A DNA stretch of 64,000 bases from a virus (IMGVR_UViG_3300044630_003601:1101-65100); one strand, 5' to 3'; shown: positions 40,395 to 49,839, counted from the first letter of the stretch. A program made the numbers and translations. Notes: generated by a model not told the origin, from the letters alone.

Positions 40395-40694
40395 ATGGGA
40401 ACACCAAGTAGCGGTACTATATGTTGGAGTGACATACAAGCTGTGGCAGGCGGCGGCTATTGTATGTCTGATTTTAATGCTGCAAGCGGAAGGGGGTATT
40501 GTGCAAATGGTTATTATAATTATAATCCACCACCTACAACTTGTTATTTATATGATGTTTATGATTATGGGTATGCTGATTTTGTGGATTGCATTGGAAC
40601 TCCTACATATACGTATACTGTCCCTGGCGATTTCTTTTGTGTATCGGTTTGGTATTCTGGTCCTGCTTATAATACTTCGTTGACATGTATTTAA
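40395..40694 (+). CDS. putative fibre-tip protein (Cys/Tyr-rich)
   Basis: M..PSSG.I.WSDI...MSDF N-terminus typical of genes that follow S74 fibres; C-terminal Cys mini-domain. Confidence 0.55.
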   Translation: MGTPSSGTICWSDIQAVAGGGYCMSDFNAASGRGYCANGYYNYNPPPTTCYLYDVYDYGYADFVDCIGTPTYTYTVPGDFFCVSVWYSGPAYNTSLTCI

Positions 40695-40714
40695 TAAATT
40701 ATATATAATAAATT

Positions 40715-40951
40715 ATGATAAATTATTACAAATTCAGAGTTAGTTACTATAAAATAGATACTGATTCTAAATATTTTACTCAAGTTACTGATGCCGAAGA
40801 TGCATCATCTGTTGGTGTATATAAAAACGAAAAAGCTTTTACAAGCATATCCAAGATTGCATCTGATAATACAAATGGGGAATGGCTTGTAATTTCAGAA
40901 GAAGAGTTTACCTTTACAAAACAAAATATTTTTAACAAATTAATTCAATAA
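40715..40951 (+). CDS. hypothetical protein
   Basis: ORF track; in operon. Confidence 0.6.
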   Translation: MINYYKFRVSYYKIDTDSKYFTQVTDAEDASSVGVYKNEKAFTSISKIASDNTNGEWLVISEEEFTFTKQNIFNKLIQ

Positions 40952-40954
40952 AAA

Positions 40955-41341
40955 ATGAAAACAATTGAACCAGTACAAGTTTGGTATAATGGCCAAGAAG
41001 TAAATGCAACAGTATTAAATGCATACGCAACAAATGTAGAATTAAATGTTTCTGCTAGTTTTTATTACACTTTATATAGTGTAAATCAATACAACACTAT
41101 ATATCAAGTAAATGGTGGAGTATTAAAAATGGAAGGTCAAGCTTACCAAGATTGGGATCAAGATACTTTTGCTTGGGATTGGGTAGCTGCTCAGCTTAAT
41201 TTAACAATTACAGGCGAGTATATACCACCTATTCCACCAACACCATTCCCAACAACACCAACAACAACAGCATCTCCTACAACTACTACAACAGAAGCGC
41301 CAACAACTACAACAACAACAGAATCAACGCCAATAGCATAA
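40955..41341 (+). CDS. fibre-associated protein with Pro/Thr-rich tail
   Basis: MK.IEPV..W.NG...Y..WD....AW.WVA.QLNLTI then PPIPPTPFPTTPTTTASPTTTTTEAPTTTTTTES. Confidence 0.65.
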   Translation: MKTIEPVQVWYNGQEVNATVLNAYATNVELNVSASFYYTLYSVNQYNTIYQVNGGVLKMEGQAYQDWDQDTFAWDWVAAQLNLTITGEYIPPIPPTPFPTTPTTTASPTTTTTEAPTTTTTTESTPIA

Positions 41342-41351
41342 TTCTTTAAAG

Positions 41352-43190
41352 ATGACTAAAAATACAATTTTAAGCGAATTACCTAATATTGATGGTATAA
41401 TTAAAGGAAACTTAGATGCTAACTTTAGCACAGCAGTTCCTGACGTTGACTACCAATTGCCATTAAGTCTTACGACAAATGGCGTTAGTGGACCATCTAC
41501 ATTTAGTGGTAATGTATTGAATGTGCCTATTTATAGCTCATCTTCTGGTACAGCTGGTAGTTCTGGTACGTCAGGTAGTTCTGGTACATCGGGTAGTTCT
41601 GGTAGTTCTGGTACAACAGGGACTTCAGGGACTAGTGGCACATCGGGTTCAAGTGGTAATACTGGTTCAAGTGGTACAAGTGGTACATCGGGATATGCGG
41701 GGGATAAGTATTATACTACTTCAACAACTTCTTTTACTTTAGGCAATAGTGGTACGATAACAGTACAGACAGCATTGGCATATACAATTGGTCAAACTAT
41801 CCTTATTGTATATAATATTACAAATTATCAAGAATCAGTAGTTACAGCGTATGATCCTATTACGGGATCTCTTTCATTTGGCGCTCCGGTAATCACAGTT
41901 GGTTCAGGTACTTATGCAGCATGGATTGTAAACTTAGCTGGTGCTAGTGGTGGTGATGGTAGTTCTGGTTCTTCAGGTACTTCAGGTAGTTCTGGTAGTT
42001 CTGGTGCTACGGGTACTTCAGGAAGTAATGGTACATCAGGATCATCTGGTACCACAGGAACTTCAGGGAGTTCAGGGTCTAGTGGAATTAACGGGACTAG
42101 TGGTACTACAGGTACATCAGGATCATCTGGTATTTCAGGTAGTTCAGGAACTACAGGAACTTCTGGAACTTCTGGTACGAGAGGTACTTCAGGTACGACA
42201 GGTACTTCGGGTACTTCCGGTACATCCGGAGCAGTTGGTGGCAATGGTACTTCAGGCACATCAGGTACCACAGGAACGTCTGGAACTTCAGGAACATCAG
42301 GTACCACAGGAACGTCTGGAACTTCTGGAACATCAGGCACTTCTGGTACATCAGGAGTAAATGGTGGAAATGGTAGTTCAGGTACTTCAGGCACATCAGG
42401 TACGACTGGAACATCAGGTACTTCTGTAACTGTTTCAGGTACTACAAATTGTTTAGCTAAATTTACATCAGCTACCACTATAGGTAATAGTATTATTTTT
42501 GCTGATACTACAAAAGTGGAAGTTGCAGGAGCGGAAGATGATTGTTTTAGAATATTTTCAGTACAACCTTTCCCATCAATTCGTGCCACAGGGGCATCAA
42601 ACACAGCAGGACTTCAAATACATCCAACAACAGGATTTGATGCAGCTATAGGCAACTATAATGGTGGAAGCTTAAACTTAGTTGCAGCTGGTAATACAAT
42701 TGTACAAGTAACTAATACTGTGGGGGTTATTTTTTATGTAGGAAGTCATGGACCAATAGCAGCATATGGTAATAATACTAGCGCATACAATATATACGTT
42801 AATTCATCTTCAGGTAATAAAACATGGGATATATCCATGTTTGGAAATGATTGGTATTTAAATGAAAGTAATATTAACGTAAGATTAAAAGTATTAGCAG
42901 GGGGAGGAGTTTATGCAGATGCATTTTATGAATTTTCAGATAAAAGATTTAAAACATTAGTTAAAGAAAATCCTATATTTTCTGGCATAGAATCAATCAC
43001 TGCAAAAAGTTATATAAAAGAAGGCAAAGAAGAATTAGGTTATTTTGCTCAAGATTTTGAAGGAGTTTTAGATAGTGCGATTCTTAAAGATAAAGATGAT
43101 GTTTTAAGTTTATCTTATCGTCAAGTTCATACAGCTAAAATAGCTGCTTTAGAAAAACGTATTGCTGAATTAGAAGCTAAATTAAAATAA
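41352..43190 (+). CDS. tail fibre 2: SGT collagen-like blocks + S74-like chaperone
   Basis: Two SGT blocks (about 41537-41700, 41939-42440); FSDKRFK...LGYFAQD...LSY......KIAALEKRIAELE. Confidence 0.82.
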   Translation: MTKNTILSELPNIDGIIKGNLDANFSTAVPDVDYQLPLSLTTNGVSGPSTFSGNVLNVPIYSSSSGTAGSSGTSGSSGTSGSSGSSGTTGTSGTSGTSGSSGNTGSSGTSGTSGYAGDKYYTTSTTSFTLGNSGTITVQTALAYTIGQTILIVYNITNYQESVVTAYDPITGSLSFGAPVITVGSGTYAAWIVNLAGASGGDGSSGSSGTSGSSGSSGATGTSGSNGTSGSSGTTGTSGSSGSSGINGTSGTTGTSGSSGISGSSGTTGTSGTSGTRGTSGTTGTSGTSGTSGAVGGNGTSGTSGTTGTSGTSGTSGTTGTSGTSGTSGTSGTSGVNGGNGSSGTSGTSGTTGTSGTSVTVSGTTNCLAKFTSATTIGNSIIFADTTKVEVAGAEDDCFRIFSVQPFPSIRATGASNTAGLQIHPTTGFDAAIGNYNGGSLNLVAAGNTIVQVTNTVGVIFYVGSHGPIAAYGNNTSAYNIYVNSSSGNKTWDISMFGNDWYLNESNINVRLKVLAGGGVYADAFYEFSDKRFKTLVKENPIFSGIESITAKSYIKEGKEELGYFAQDFEGVLDSAILKDKDDVLSLSYRQVHTAKIAALEKRIAELEAKLK

Positions 43191-45379
43191 TGAGTTGGAA
43201 ATCTATATCTGGAAATCAAACTGTATCTAGAGCAAATTTGCAAAATGCTATAGATACCGGTGTTTTTGTAGTAAAAAACGGGGTGCCTGCAACAGAGCCT
43301 AATAGAGGAGTAACAAAAGCCAATGTAGAAGATTATATTAATGTATGGAGCTTATATCCTCCTTTTAGGAATAAAGCACCAAATCAACTTCCTGTTAAAT
43401 CTAATCTTGCTGTACAGTCTAATCAAATATATGGTGGTACAGACACTAGGATATATGTTGGAAATACTAATAGAAATTGGGTATATAGCATAGATTTTGC
43501 TGGTGGAGATAGTATTGGTTCAGTCGCTTCTTCTACAGATAATAGATGTATATTATATGGTAAGTCTTATGATCCCGGAGCTGGTGGTGGTGGCGCTCAC
43601 GTGTCTAATGATTACGGAGAAACTTTTAGAAGGTTAGATGACGTGATGTCAACTAATGATGCATGTTTAGCAACTGCTATGAGCAGTGATGGTGAATTAA
43701 TGATTTTAACAAGGCAGGTTGGTTCATTTGATGCTGATAGAGCAAAAATATATATTTCATACAATTCAGGGGCAACATGGACTATAGCTTATAATGCAGG
43801 AGGGGTAAGATATAACTTTAACGGAGCTGCAATGTCTGGAAATGGAGGGTATATTACAGTATTAGGTTGTGATGGTGTATACTATTATGTATTTACGTCT
43901 AATAATTTTGGAGCAAGTTTTACTAGAACGTATTTTATCGTTGGAAGCAAAACTTTAGTTACAGGGTGTGTTGGTATGTCTAAATCAGGACAATATCAAT
44001 TAGTAGCTCCACCAGAACCATCTGGCTCTTTTTTGGGTTATTTTTATGTTTCAAATGATTATGGAAATAGTTGGACAGGTGTTACACTCCCAGATATACC
44101 ATTAGCTCCAAATGATATTTTTAAAGGATGTTCTGTTTCAGCAGGTGGTGATTACATGACAGTAGTTGCTTACTCTCTTACATTAGGTCAACTTAGAACT
44201 TATATCTCAAGTGATTGGGGAGTTAATTGGACTATTGTATCTGGTGGAAATATTGCTCAGGCTGTAGATAGTTCTGGTCAATTTCAATATCAAAGCGGAC
44301 GTGCATCTCAAAATTATGGAAATACGTGGTTTAATACAGGATTTTTTGGAAAGTCTATTTCTGTAAATCCAACAACATTTACAACCCCATACACTTACGG
44401 AACATCTACTGGTGGAAATTTATACAAATCTGTTGATCAAGGAAGTAGTTTTAGCTTAATATCTATATCTGGGTATTTTACTAAAGTTGCTACTTCTGGT
44501 GGCTCAAATAATGGTAAGTATGTAGCTGCTATTAAAGATAATGATCCCGGCGGATTCCCTAACTATAATCTTTACCAATCTTATGATTATGGGGCAACAT
44601 GGAACACAATTCTGTCTTTTGGTGGACAAGTATTAAGTTGTTGCGCTGTATCTGATGATGGAGTTTATTGGTTTGCTGCTGCATATGATGGACCATCAAA
44701 CGGTACATTCATATATAGATCTACTGATTCAGGAGTGACTTGGAGCTATGTGTATGCTGTTACTGGTCGGGCAGGAAACTGTGCTATGTCAAATACTGGG
44801 CAATATATAAGCATGGTGGTAAATAATGCTGATCGCCCTGGTCTTTACAATTCATTTTTAGCTAGCTCTAATGATTATGGGTTGAACTGGGCAGGGCAAG
44901 CTTTTAACAATACAGGAAGAACATTCGTTGATATTGCTATGTCTGGACAAGGTAGATTTAGAACACTTGTAAGTTCAGATTCTGGGGATGGTGGTGCTAG
45001 AATTTCTTATTCAACACAGTATGGTGTAGGTTTTAGTGACGTATTTCTTTTAGAATATTTTTATGCTACTTCATGTTCTATGGATGATTCTGGTCGTGTG
45101 GCAGTGGTATCATTTACGGGAGGGCAAATACCATTAGCCACAACTAGTAGAATATATTCTACAACAAATGGATGGGGTAGTATAAACACTTACAATACCG
45201 ATATATATCCCGGACCATTATTACCACCAACCATAAGCGGGGTAAATGTTTCTTCAGATGGAACATATTGGTCTGCAGTATCAAGTAATGCCGGGGGGTA
45301 TTCATTTACTTGCACTACTGGAGATGGGAATTTTGTTCCTAATATTACAGGAATAACCTTTAATAATTTATCAAAATAA
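43190..45379 (+). CDS. BNR/Asp-box beta-propeller adhesin (putative receptor-binding protein)
   Basis: About 11 SxDxGxT/SW/F boxes (SNDYGETF, SYNSGATW, SNDYGNSW, SYDYGATW, STDSGVTW...); TAATG-coupled to fibre 2. Confidence 0.8.
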   Translation: MSWKSISGNQTVSRANLQNAIDTGVFVVKNGVPATEPNRGVTKANVEDYINVWSLYPPFRNKAPNQLPVKSNLAVQSNQIYGGTDTRIYVGNTNRNWVYSIDFAGGDSIGSVASSTDNRCILYGKSYDPGAGGGGAHVSNDYGETFRRLDDVMSTNDACLATAMSSDGELMILTRQVGSFDADRAKIYISYNSGATWTIAYNAGGVRYNFNGAAMSGNGGYITVLGCDGVYYYVFTSNNFGASFTRTYFIVGSKTLVTGCVGMSKSGQYQLVAPPEPSGSFLGYFYVSNDYGNSWTGVTLPDIPLAPNDIFKGCSVSAGGDYMTVVAYSLTLGQLRTYISSDWGVNWTIVSGGNIAQAVDSSGQFQYQSGRASQNYGNTWFNTGFFGKSISVNPTTFTTPYTYGTSTGGNLYKSVDQGSSFSLISISGYFTKVATSGGSNNGKYVAAIKDNDPGGFPNYNLYQSYDYGATWNTILSFGGQVLSCCAVSDDGVYWFAAAYDGPSNGTFIYRSTDSGVTWSYVYAVTGRAGNCAMSNTGQYISMVVNNADRPGLYNSFLASSNDYGLNWAGQAFNNTGRTFVDIAMSGQGRFRTLVSSDSGDGGARISYSTQYGVGFSDVFLLEYFYATSCSMDDSGRVAVVSFTGGQIPLATTSRIYSTTNGWGSINTYNTDIYPGPLLPPTISGVNVSSDGTYWSAVSSNAGGYSFTCTTGDGNFVPNITGITFNNLSK

Positions 45380-45403
45380 TTTTTTTAATTAAATTAATTA
45401 ACC

Positions 45404-45411
45404 TAATTTTG
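45404..45411 (+). promoter_or_regulatory. -7 box TAATTTTG
   Basis: Matches TAnnTTTG, preceded by the 16-bp motif at 45385-45400. Confidence 0.55.
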
Positions 45412-45426
45412 TTTAAAATATAAAAC

Positions 45427-45762
45427 ATGAAATCAATAGAATTAAAGATTGCAAAAGAAACCCAAGAAGGGCAAGATCAGTATGTAAGCACATACGCTAT
45501 TTTAAGAGCAGTTATCAATAATGCATCAGAAAGTGGCATTAATGTAGAGGAAATGCTTGTAAGATTAAAACTTCTTGATAAGTTAGACAAATTTAAAGAC
45601 ATTTTTGAATTAACTGCGCCTCCAGAAGATTTATTGCAAAGGACGGCAACATTAGAATTAGAAGATAATGAATTTAACAAATTAAGGGATTTGTATAAGA
45701 ATATGAAATTCATAATTGTTTCTAAGTTTCTAGTTGAAATTAGCGAACAATTAAATAAATAA
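45427..45762 (+). CDS. hypothetical helical protein (possible fibre chaperone)
   Basis: ORF track; has its own promoter. Confidence 0.6.
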   Translation: MKSIELKIAKETQEGQDQYVSTYAILRAVINNASESGINVEEMLVRLKLLDKLDKFKDIFELTAPPEDLLQRTATLELEDNEFNKLRDLYKNMKFIIVSKFLVEISEQLNK

Positions 45763-45763
45763 T

Positions 45764-45800
45764 TAAAAAAAGAGCAGCTAAAAAGCTGCTTTTATTTTTT
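45764..45800. terminator. bidirectional terminator between convergent genes
   Basis: A-run, AGCAGCT-AAAA-AGCTGCT, T-run. Confidence 0.65.
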
Positions 45801-48800
45801 CTATAACCATTTGAGCTGTTATTGATTTATGACATTCAAAGTGTTTGTCAGTGCCTTTATGTTTGCACCAATTCCAATCTCCCTTATCAAATATAATCCC
45901 ATTTTCATTCCAACAGCTATTACAAACATTGGTATTTGTTATTCTAATGCAGTCTAATTGGAATTCGTGATCAGCAGAAGTGAAATTGCTTATCATAATT
46001 ACTTTCTTTTTTAAAGCCCAAGCAAGCCAGCTCAACCCACTAGAAAGCCCAATGAAGAATTCACTATTTAGTATTACATCAATTGTGTTTTCTATTGAGG
46101 TATCAGATATTTTAGTGCAATTATCAAATGGGTTATCCTCTTTAGATACGTTTATTACAGCATATCCTTCATCGTGTAAATAATTAATTACCTCTTGCCA
46201 TCCTTCCCTAGTCCAAAACTTGCATCCAGATGTTGAATTAGTGGCTATAGTAACATATTTGCCATTAATCTTGCTTTTATTCCTAATCTTCAACATTGGT
46301 CTTATTTCTTTAAATTCAAGACCTAGTATGTTTGTAGCTGCTTTTTGTAGTGGGATAGTATTTGGGACTTCTGGTTCTTTATCGCTGTTGTAAAACCATC
46401 CTAATCTATACGAAGCATGAATATTATCTACTACATTACCCGGCTCTACTAATTCCAATTCGGGATAGTCCAGTATTTTATTCCAAAAAGTGGACAATAT
46501 AACCTTGCATTGATGTAGCTTTTGAAATTCTAAAGCATAGGGAACCCAAGCTAATGTATCTCCCAATGATTTACTTTCTATAACAATAAATACTCTTTTG
46601 TTATTTAAGTGCAAGAAATTTGCATATATCATTTCATTACCTTCCCAAACTTTGGTTGTCCAATTTGTAAAGTATGTTCTATTTAATTTTACCCAAGTGT
46701 TTGAATTTATTATATTTTCGTAAATAATACTACCATTCCCATCAAAAAATTGAACTTTAAATTTACTATCTACATTGCCTTTGATTTCTAGAAATGGATT
46801 GTCAACAAAGTGCTGAGAAATAGATACTTTTTGCTTTTGAATAGGTAATTCAATTATTTTTTTATAAGCATCTTCTTGTCTAAAAGCAAATATAGGAGTG
46901 GTATTGTCTGTAGGTACTTCGTAATTGCATTCTAAGGTATTTAAATCGCTATCAATTGGCTGTAGGTAGTCTGTAAACATATCTCCATATTGAGGCAAAT
47001 TTCTAGCTATAATAGGCAATCCGTAGCTAATGGCTTCCCTCAAAACTAAGGGATTACATTCCCAAGTGCTATTGAACATAAATATATCAGCCATCTCCAT
47101 AAAAGTATCTATGTCTTTCCTTTCCCCCCAAACTTTAACATTACTAGGCAAATCTTTCATCAATGGTTCCCAATAATCCTTAAAGTTCCCAGCTTGATTG
47201 CCAACAAAATGAAATGTCATATTAGGGTATTTACGCGCAATTTCAATGCCTTCACCTTGATTTTTACCACTAGTCCATAACCCTACATTTAAAACATGTT
47301 TTCCATCTTTTACTGCATTAACTTCTTTTTTATCTATCGGATATTCTATTGTAACAAATGTAGATTCCATATTAGCAAAAGTTTCCTCATGATATGGAGA
47401 ACAGAATATATATGAATCTGGATGAAATATCTTTTCTTTATCAGGATCAAAAGATACGTCATGGCAAGTTTCTGCAATTCTATATTTTCTATTTGTGTTA
47501 TAAAGTTGTTTTATCATCTCCCTATCTAATCTTTCTGATGGCTCATCTATGTGTATTAAATCGGGCTTCCATTTATCAATTACTTTGAATAACTCCATTT
47601 TATCTTCGTATAAAGTAGTAAAGTTCTCTCCTAGTAAACTTTTTATCTTATCTCTTTGAACCACAAAATCTAAGCTATAGCATTGATATTCAACAACATA
47701 TATTTCACAATCAGTATAATCTTTAAGAGCTTCAATTCTTTTTAGTAAAAACTGGGGCATCCCGCCTGTGCTTAAATGTGGGGCTAGGTAAAGTATTCTC
47801 ATTTTCTTTTCTCCAATAAACAAGTTTATCTTGTCTATATTTTTTTCTCCATGATAAAATAATAAATCTTCTTTCTTTGCGGGTATTCTAAGCCAGTTGC
47901 CATCTATTCTGGCTTCTCCTGTAAATTCTAAATTATTATGTAATCCATTAACATATATACAAGGCAAGCCGTTAAAAACGAGTCTTTTGTATAGCAATAC
48001 GTTCATTATTGTTTCTTCGTGATATGGCGCATACCATTCATGATTTGCTAGTATTTTGGGGTGGTTGCACATCCAATACCATTCGTCCAAGAAGTCTATT
48101 GTTTTTTGCCCAGCAACATAATACCCCGTTTGCCTATATCTTTCCCTCACATATTGGTTTATACCAAATAAATCACAAGCTGGATGCTCTAACGTAGTGC
48201 TTAAATCATCTCTGCTATCGGCTCCACCACGACCATTTATATGCAAATAGTCATATACCCCTTCTACAAAATAAGGACAAGTTGAATTATAGTCATAAAA
48301 ATCAAAAATCCTATCTACGTAAGGACTTGCAACAGAATCAGTATCAATGTAAGCTACTGTGTCTGCGTAATTGATTAAAGCATCTTTTGTAATCTTGGGT
48401 CTTTCTATAAGGAGCTTGTAAATATCTTTGTCTGCTCTGTCTATATAATCTTTCCTTTTAACCGAATTTTTTACATCACAATCCCATCTTATTGTTATGG
48501 TGTTTTCTACTTCTACTTTATTGTCCGAATTAAGCATGTAAACGTAAATAGGATAAGTGCTAAAATTTCTAATGGAACGACAACAAGCATCCACAAGATC
48601 AAAATAGGAATCGTCAGCATAAAGGACGTAAGCTTTTTCATGTTCGTGTTTTTTTTTATTCAAAAATATATCATTTTCACGTCTATCAATATTGTAGATA
48701 TTTTGTATTTTTAATAGAATATTGTCTATTGCCTCTTTATTTGATATTTCATTGCACTCAAATTCTATAGTATCTGCAAGCAATTTAGGGTTAATGTTGC

Positions 48801-49248
48801 ATTGGTTTAAATATGACTCAAGTATAATGTGGTCATGCCCTTCGGTATCTATTTTAAGGTGTGTAATGCCTTCTATATTAAACATATCAACAAGAGAATA
48901 CCAATCCATCTTAATTACTCTTGTTTTTGTCACTATTTTATCATATAAATCTTTCCCTATCTTATTTATAACATATTCATGTGGTTTATCTACACTATTG
49001 CATCCTCTAACCCAATATGGTAGATTATTTTCTATTATTTTATCTTCTTCTATGTGGTATATATCTATAAATCCGCTATATTCAGATATAGCAGCATTGA
49101 CTTTAGTGACATTTTTTTTATCTGGGAGCCTGTCTAGATAGAATTTTATTGGTTCTATACTTAATCCAATGGTATTATCATCTGCATTTTCAATAAGAGT
49201 ATCAAAATCAGATGTACCTATTTCTATGAAATCGTAGTGTTTACCCAT
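45778..49248 (-). CDS. four-domain enzyme: FkbM-like methyltransferase + GT-A glycosyltransferase + GT4-like GT-B + TibC/Aah-like protein O-glycosyltransferase
   Basis: FIEIG...SIEP...NAAIS...LKIDTEGHD; AYIDTDSV; MRILYLAPHLSTGG...S.WECNPLVLREA...GLP; SLGDTLAWVPYA.EF...H.C...FIGLSSGLSWLAWA...CNSCW...W.WC.H...FEC.K.IT. Confidence 0.8.
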   Translation of the reverse strand: MGKHYDFIEIGTSDFDTLIENADDNTIGLSIEPIKFYLDRLPDKKNVTKVNAAISEYSGFIDIYHIEEDKIIENNLPYWVRGCNSVDKPHEYVINKIGKDLYDKIVTKTRVIKMDWYSLVDMFNIEGITHLKIDTEGHDHIILESYLNQCNINPKLLADTIEFECNEISNKEAIDNILLKIQNIYNIDRRENDIFLNKKKHEHEKAYVLYADDSYFDLVDACCRSIRNFSTYPIYVYMLNSDNKVEVENTITIRWDCDVKNSVKRKDYIDRADKDIYKLLIERPKITKDALINYADTVAYIDTDSVASPYVDRIFDFYDYNSTCPYFVEGVYDYLHINGRGGADSRDDLSTTLEHPACDLFGINQYVRERYRQTGYYVAGQKTIDFLDEWYWMCNHPKILANHEWYAPYHEETIMNVLLYKRLVFNGLPCIYVNGLHNNLEFTGEARIDGNWLRIPAKKEDLLFYHGEKNIDKINLFIGEKKMRILYLAPHLSTGGMPQFLLKRIEALKDYTDCEIYVVEYQCYSLDFVVQRDKIKSLLGENFTTLYEDKMELFKVIDKWKPDLIHIDEPSERLDREMIKQLYNTNRKYRIAETCHDVSFDPDKEKIFHPDSYIFCSPYHEETFANMESTFVTIEYPIDKKEVNAVKDGKHVLNVGLWTSGKNQGEGIEIARKYPNMTFHFVGNQAGNFKDYWEPLMKDLPSNVKVWGERKDIDTFMEMADIFMFNSTWECNPLVLREAISYGLPIIARNLPQYGDMFTDYLQPIDSDLNTLECNYEVPTDNTTPIFAFRQEDAYKKIIELPIQKQKVSISQHFVDNPFLEIKGNVDSKFKVQFFDGNGSIIYENIINSNTWVKLNRTYFTNWTTKVWEGNEMIYANFLHLNNKRVFIVIESKSLGDTLAWVPYALEFQKLHQCKVILSTFWNKILDYPELELVEPGNVVDNIHASYRLGWFYNSDKEPEVPNTIPLQKAATNILGLEFKEIRPMLKIRNKSKINGKYVTIATNSTSGCKFWTREGWQEVINYLHDEGYAVINVSKEDNPFDNCTKISDTSIENTIDVILNSEFFIGLSSGLSWLAWALKKKVIMISNFTSADHEFQLDCIRITNTNVCNSCWNENGIIFDKGDWNWCKHKGTDKHFECHKSITAQMVIEKIKAAF

Positions 49249-49249
49249 A

Positions 49250-49762
49250 TTATTTTTTTCTTATGTAATAGCCATAAACCTCATTACCATAAATAAGCTC
49301 TAAATCAGGGTATCTTTCTTTAACTAAGTCTGGTGTTAAGTCTGGTTGCAGATGAGTTTCATAGGTATTGCCTTCATATTCACCTTGCTCATATTGGTAT
49401 GGTACTGCAACAAGATATTCTTTGCCCGTTGATTTTAAAAAATTCATAAACCATTGTGCATCTTCCACTGAAAAATGTTCTAAAACATCCCCTAAAATAT
49501 AAAAATCATATCCTTTTAGTGCATTTAGCGGCATGTTAAAAACATTTTCTTTATAAACCACATTATACTTGTTTTTTAAATCATATTGTATAATATATGG
49601 CTCCCATATTTCAACTGCATCCATTTTATAATCATACCCTTTTAATAAATCAGAGTATGTACCGCATCCTGCTCCAATATCTAAAATTTTAGCATCAAAA
49701 GGTATGTTTTCTACGAACCAATTTCTTACTGAATCTTTGTAATAAGGATAACTACTTGGCAT
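49250..49762 (-). CDS. class I SAM-dependent methyltransferase
   Basis: ILDIGAGCG, DAVEIW, GDVLEH; start moved to ATG 49762 (MPSSYP) because the track's TTG lies within the -7 box. Confidence 0.85.
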   Translation of the reverse strand: MPSSYPYYKDSVRNWFVENIPFDAKILDIGAGCGTYSDLLKGYDYKMDAVEIWEPYIIQYDLKNKYNVVYKENVFNMPLNALKGYDFYILGDVLEHFSVEDAQWFMNFLKSTGKEYLVAVPYQYEQGEYEGNTYETHLQPDLTPDLVKERYPDLELIYGNEVYGYYIRKK

Positions 49763-49777
49763 ATTATGTATTTTTGA

Positions 49778-49835
49778 CAAAACTATGTATTTTTTTTAAT
49801 TAAATTAAATAATTAATAAATAAATATTACCTTTA
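49778..49835. promoter_or_regulatory. divergent promoter region of the glycosylation island
   Basis: TAGTTTTG on minus (49778-85), TACCTTTA variant on plus (49828-35), 16-bp motif variant between them (49796-49811). Confidence 0.55.
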
Positions 49836-49839
49836 CCCC

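Noticed and set aside
35888-42440. Repeat arrays as possible CRISPR or DGR template/variable repeats
   Set aside because: They are in-frame codon-degenerate triplets with no constant repeat/spacer structure; no cas or reverse transcriptase gene and no adenine-specific repeat pair seen
36159-42604. Long alternative-frame and antisense ORFs (PEVP..., VLQE... repeats) over the fibres
   Set aside because: These are shadows of the 9-nt-period SGT coding repeat, with no independent start signals
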